The translations under genes and the position numbers were made by a program. This document shows, piece by piece, positions 60,079 to 64,000 of a stretch of DNA of 64,000 nucleotides. Positions within the stretch are counted from its first letter, which is position 1; each line of letters begins with the position of its first letter. Below the pieces are notes generated by a model. It did not search any database. It saw only the letters and a list, made by a program, of their open reading frames with translations, and was not told where the DNA came from. Source of the DNA: Alphaproteobacteria bacterium. Its GTDB lineage: Bacteria > Pseudomonadota > Alphaproteobacteria > CALKHQ01. The stretch spans positions 3,488,001 to 3,552,000 of the forward strand of contig CBDDFZ010000001.1 of NCBI GenBank assembly GCA_965227515.1, in the 5' to 3' direction.

Positions 60079-61203
60079 ATGAAGAAGCATGTACTGGCGG
60101 CCGCGATAGCCGCCGTAGCCTTCGGGTATGGGGCCGGCATCGCCGAGGCGCGCGAACTGCGCATCGCCCCCGCCGCCCCGCCGGCCCACCCGGCCAACAG
60201 CCACCTCTATCAGAAGCTCGCCGAATACCTGCCCGAAGAGTCGGATGGCCGGCTGACCGCACAGATCATCGGCCCGGAGGTGGTCAACCTCAGCCAGATG
60301 AAAGAGGCGCTGCAGAGCGAGCTGGCGGAGATCGGCAACTTGCTGCCGCTCTATTTCCCTGCCGACCTGCCCAATATGTCGCTCGCTGGCGAGCTGGCGC
60401 TGGCGGGCCGCGACGCCCATGTGATGGCCGCGGCGATGACCGAGTTCATCGTCACCTGCGACACCTGCCAGCAGGAGCTGACCGACTTCGGCGTGGTCTT
60501 CCTGGGCTCCGGTTCGTCGGACGTCTATGCGCTGCTCACCACCAAGCCGGTCCACACCGTGGCCGACCTTGAGGGCATTCGCTTGCGCAGCGGCGGCGCG
60601 CCGTTCTCGCGCTGGGCGGAGAACTTCGACGCAAGCCCGGTCAATGTTTCGGTGTTCGAGACCTTCGAGTCCATGTCCCAGGGCGTCATCGACGGCACCA
60701 TGGCCTCGGTCGCCGACCTGCTGTCGTTCCGCATCGTCGAGCTGGCGACCTCGATCACCATGCTCGACCTCGGCACCTATCACGCGACATCGAACTTCAC
60801 GGTCGCGGGCAGCGTTTGGGCGAGCCTGAACGAAGAGGACCGGGCAGCGCTGGCCCGCGCCGCCAACCGCGCCAACGTCGACATGTCGCAGCGCTGGGGT
60901 TTCGAGATGCCGGCCGAGGCCATTGCGGCGGCCGAGGAAGCGGGGATCGAGTTTATCGAGCCCGACGCGGCATTGGTCGAGGCTACCGAAGCGTTCGCCC
61001 AGGCCGACGTCGCCACCGTGGTCGAGATTTCCACCGACCGCTACGGCATTGCCGACGCGCAGGCGCGGGTCGACCAGTTCCTGGCCCTTGTCGACAAGTG
61101 GACCGCCATCGTCGAGGAGGTCGACCACGACCCCGACGCGATCAAGGCCCGCATCCAGGCCGAGGTCTGGGACAACGTGGATTACGCGACCTACGGCCTG
61201 TGA
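60079..61203 (+). CDS. TRAP transporter substrate-binding protein (DctP family)
   Basis: Signal peptide; ADLEGIRLR and ESMSQGVIDG; precedes the small and large permeases. Confidence 0.9.
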   Translation: MKKHVLAAAIAAVAFGYGAGIAEARELRIAPAAPPAHPANSHLYQKLAEYLPEESDGRLTAQIIGPEVVNLSQMKEALQSELAEIGNLLPLYFPADLPNMSLAGELALAGRDAHVMAAAMTEFIVTCDTCQQELTDFGVVFLGSGSSDVYALLTTKPVHTVADLEGIRLRSGGAPFSRWAENFDASPVNVSVFETFESMSQGVIDGTMASVADLLSFRIVELATSITMLDLGTYHATSNFTVAGSVWASLNEEDRAALARAANRANVDMSQRWGFEMPAEAIAAAEEAGIEFIEPDAALVEATEAFAQADVATVVEISTDRYGIADAQARVDQFLALVDKWTAIVEEVDHDPDAIKARIQAEVWDNVDYATYGL

Positions 61204-61274
61204 TCGGCCAATAGCGGCTGGCCGGCGTGCCCCGGGTGCGCCGGCCCATCCCTTCCCCTTCATCGGACGCGGCC

Positions 61275-61784
61275 ATGCAACGCATCCGCATGATCTCCGA
61301 CCGGATCGTGCGCATCCTGGCCCTTGGCGGGGCCGTCGGGGTGGTGGTGATGATGCTGCACGTCGGCGCCGATATCGTGCTGCGCACCCTGTTCGACGCG
61401 CCGCTGCCGGCCACCATCGAGGTGGTCTCGCGCTACTACATGGTGCTGGTGGCGTTCCTGCCGCTGGCCTGGGTGGAGCGCAACAACGGCATGATCGCGG
61501 TCGGCCTGATCGAGGGCATGCTGCCCAAGCTGGCCCGGCGGGTGTCCGACATCATGGTGGCGATGCTTGCCGCCGCGATCTACGCGGTCATGGCCTACAC
61601 GACGTGGCTGGTCGCGCTCGACAACTACGACAGCCTGTCGTTCATCGTGGTGCTGAACAGCGAAGTGCCGGTGTGGCCGACCTATTTCCTGCCGCCATTG
61701 GGGTTCGCCCTGGCCATGCTGGCAACCTTGCTGCGGGCGGTGCTTTTCGCCTGCGGGCATGAGGTCGAGCGGCGGACGGCGTGA
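61275..61784 (+). CDS. TRAP transporter small permease (DctQ family)
   Basis: Four TM helices; DIVLR..F..P...TIE motif. Confidence 0.88.
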   Translation: MQRIRMISDRIVRILALGGAVGVVVMMLHVGADIVLRTLFDAPLPATIEVVSRYYMVLVAFLPLAWVERNNGMIAVGLIEGMLPKLARRVSDIMVAMLAAAIYAVMAYTTWLVALDNYDSLSFIVVLNSEVPVWPTYFLPPLGFALAMLATLLRAVLFACGHEVERRTA

Positions 61785-63082
61785 ACCTGGAAGTCGGCTT
61801 TTACGGGCTCGGCGCCCTCCTGGTCCTGCTGCTGCTCAGGATACCGGTGGCGCTCGCCCTGATCGCGGTCTCGTTCGGCGGCATCCTGGTCATGCTCGGC
61901 TGGTCGCCGGCGCTCGGTATCGTCTCGTCGACGCCGTACAGCTTTGTGGCGAGCTGGACGCTGAGCGCGGTCCCGATGTTTCTGCTGATGGGCTTCGTCG
62001 CCTATCACGCGGGCCTGACGGCGGGCCTGTTCGATGCCGCCAAGGTGCTGCTCAGGCGCATCCCCGGCGGGCTCGCCATCTCCTCGATTTTCGCCTGCTC
62101 CGGCTTCGCCGCCGTCTGCGGCTCCAGCCTGGCGTGCGCGGCGGCGATGGGGCGGATCGCGATCCCGGAGATGGTGCGCGCCGGCTACCGCCCCAGTTTC
62201 GCGTGCGGCTCCATCGCTGCCGGTGGCACCATCGGGGCGCTGATCCCGCCCTCGATCCTGATGATCGTCTACGGCGTGTTCGCCGAGGCGCCGATCACCG
62301 AGGTGTTCGTCGGCGGCGTCACTATCGGCATCCTGACCGCCATCGGCTATGCCACGGTGGTGCTGCTGACCTGCTGGTTGCGGCCCGACATCTCGCCGCG
62401 CCGTACGGTGGGCGACGACGTGATCTCGGTCGGGCAGGCGCTGCTCAGCATCTGGCCGGTGCTGGTCCTGGTCATCCTGGTCTTCGGCGGGCTGTTCACC
62501 GGCTTCTTCACCGCCACCGAGGCCGGCGCGGTCGGCGCGCTGGGCGCCGTCATCATCGCCGCCGCCACCGGCCGCCTGACCCGCGACGTGGTGCGCTCGT
62601 CGCTGCTGGAGACCCTGATGGTCTCCGCCTCGCTGTTCCTGATCGGCGTCGGCGCTTACATGTTCACTCGCTTCCTCGGCCTGACCGGGCTTTCCGGCTT
62701 CATCTCCTCGTTCTTCGGCGAAGGGTTCAGCTACTGGGAGCTGATGGCCATCATCGTGCTGGTCTACCTGGTGCTGGGCACGTTCATGGAGCCGTTCGGC
62801 GCGTTGCTGGTGACCCTGCCGGTGCTGCTGCCGCTGCTGAAGGCGGAGGATATCAGCCTGGTCTGGTTCGGCGTGCTGGTGGTGAAGCTGCTGGAGATCG
62901 GCATGATCACCCCGCCGGTCGGGCTGAACGTGTTCGTCATCCGCAACGTCGCCGGCAAGTACGCCAGTTTGATGCAGATCTTCGGCGGCGTGATCCCGTT
63001 CCTCGCCGCCGACCTGGTGGTGGTGGCAATCGTCGTCGCCTTCCCGCCCCTGGTGCTATTCCTGCCGGAGCTGTTGGGATAA
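61781..63082 (+). CDS. TRAP transporter large permease (DctM family)
   Basis: AVPMFLLMG, GSSLACAA, LIPPSILMIVYG, TATEAG, ITPPVGLNVF. Confidence 0.93.
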   Translation: MNLEVGFYGLGALLVLLLLRIPVALALIAVSFGGILVMLGWSPALGIVSSTPYSFVASWTLSAVPMFLLMGFVAYHAGLTAGLFDAAKVLLRRIPGGLAISSIFACSGFAAVCGSSLACAAAMGRIAIPEMVRAGYRPSFACGSIAAGGTIGALIPPSILMIVYGVFAEAPITEVFVGGVTIGILTAIGYATVVLLTCWLRPDISPRRTVGDDVISVGQALLSIWPVLVLVILVFGGLFTGFFTATEAGAVGALGAVIIAAATGRLTRDVVRSSLLETLMVSASLFLIGVGAYMFTRFLGLTGLSGFISSFFGEGFSYWELMAIIVLVYLVLGTFMEPFGALLVTLPVLLPLLKAEDISLVWFGVLVVKLLEIGMITPPVGLNVFVIRNVAGKYASLMQIFGGVIPFLAADLVVVAIVVAFPPLVLFLPELLG

Positions 63083-63088
63083 GGGCTA

Positions 63089-63120
63089 CCCCCTCACCCT
63101 CCCTCATATGCCTACGGCAT
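63089..63120. repeat. Truncated left arm of the CCCTCACCCTCCC repeat family
   Basis: CCCCCTCACCCTCCC followed by the small hairpin ATGCC-TAC-GGCAT; shares the 13-mer with 1737-1749. Confidence 0.5.
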
Positions 63121-63170
63121 TCACACATCTTACCAGCAGTGGCCTGAATCACCCCGGGATACATCCCATA

Positions 63171-63345
63171 GACGTCCTCGCCCTTGTGGCGAGGACCCAT
63201 CGTTGTCCGAAACTTCAATAGATTCGGGAGAATCGCCGCCTGAGATGGCGGCCAAGCGGATTCGATTGGTCCGCTTTGACAGCTCTTTTGGACACTGGCC
63301 GGGACTGCCCCAGGAATGGGTCCTCGCCACAAGGGCGAGGACGAC
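63171..63345. repeat. REP doublet with a long spacer (MITE/REPIN-like)
   Basis: Perfect 28-bp inverted repeats CGTCCTCGCCCTTGTGGCGAGGACCCAT (63173-63200 and 63316-63343) around 115 bp. Confidence 0.9.
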
Positions 63346-63443
63346 GATGTATTTATTACTGCGGGCTTCGAGCGCCCCCTGCGCCTTCAGTGAATCCAGT
63401 AGCCCGCATGGCGGCAAGGGGTGCGTTCACACTTCCAGGAAAT

Positions 63444-64000
63444 CTACGAAACTTCCGCCCTGACGATCGCAGCACCGTCGGCCATCGCCTTCATCTTGCC
63501 GAAGGCGACCTCGCGCGGCAGGTACTTCAGCCCACAGTCCGGCGCCACGATCACCTTGTCCGCATCCACGTGCGGCAGTGCCCGCCGGATGCGCGCCGCC
63601 ACCGTCTCCGGTGTCTCCACCGTCATGTCGGAGAGGTCCAGCACGCCAAGGATGATGGACTTGCCGCGCAGTTCCTCCAGCACCGCTGTGTCCAGGTTCG
63701 ACTGGGCGGTCTCGATGGAGACCTGGTTGCACGAGCAGCCCTTGAACTGCGGCAGGAACGAGTAGCCGGACGGCCGCTCGTGGATGATCGCGGCATAGCC
63801 GAAGCAGACATGGACGGCGGTGGTGCCGGCCGCGCCCTCCAGCGCCGCGTTCAGGGCCTCCAGCCCATATTCCTCGGCCGGCTGGGGCCGCGCCTGCATG
63901 TAGGGCTCGTCGATCTGCACCACGTCGGCACCGGCGGCGAACAGGTCGGCGATCTCCTCCCTCACCGCCTGCGCGTAGTCCATCGCCAGCGCTTTCGGGT
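63444..64000 (-). CDS. Cobalamin-independent methionine synthase (MetE catalytic domain)-like protein, 5'-truncated by the window edge
   Basis: VQIDEP, Zn ligands HVC and APDCGL, VETPE, AFGKMKAM. Confidence 0.85.
   Translation of the reverse strand, partial: PKALAMDYAQAVREEIADLFAAGADVVQIDEPYMQARPQPAEEYGLEALNAALEGAAGTTAVHVCFGYAAIIHERPSGYSFLPQFKGCSCNQVSIETAQSNLDTAVLEELRGKSIILGVLDLSDMTVETPETVAARIRRALPHVDADKVIVAPDCGLKYLPREVAFGKMKAMADGAAIVRAEVS

Noticed and set aside
770-61263. Many long antisense or alternate-frame ORFs (e.g. 1612-3156, 32301-33908, 43041-45380, 55775-56995)
   Set aside because: They shadow well-supported genes, are Arg/Pro/Ala-rich without motifs, and are expected in high-GC DNA.
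63171-63345. Autonomous insertion sequence
   Set aside because: Only 175 bp, no transposase, and no clear target-site duplication.

Overview
High-GC bacterial chromosome segment, almost certainly alphaproteobacterial; its very acidic periplasmic binding proteins hint at a marine or saline habitat. It is densely coding. I see no rRNA, tRNA, CRISPR array, transposase or integrase. From left to right: (1) a partial GcvT-family dimethylglycine/sarcosine dehydrogenase and the choline cluster betIBA/choXWV with a palindromic operator over the choX -35, then a TPR gene and a DUF6065-like gene; (2) a PotABCD-like ABC importer with a large insertion in one permease, divergent from a phosphonate-monoester-hydrolase-type enzyme that has a perfect Pho box; (3) a ~15 kb mosaic Wzx/Wzy exopolysaccharide locus with a lower-GC core; (4) an SDR/enolase/PotABCD-like catabolic operon; (5) lactonase, GFA protein, MacAB-like exporter with a candidate sigma-54 promoter, and a second enolase; (6) a Pho-boxed C-P lyase core operon phnGHIJKLM without its own transporter; (7) a hydroxycinnamate-type CoA cluster with MarR and TRAP transporter; (8) a partial MetE-like gene. 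Intergenic DNA carries two families of palindromic REP-like repeats, one with covarying stems and a nested insert. The best lead for a new system is a split, phosphate-starvation-controlled organophosphorus scavenging module (atypical ABC importer, ester hydrolase, C-P lyase), possibly linked to choline catabolism. All calls are by motif and pattern recognition; no database searches were run.
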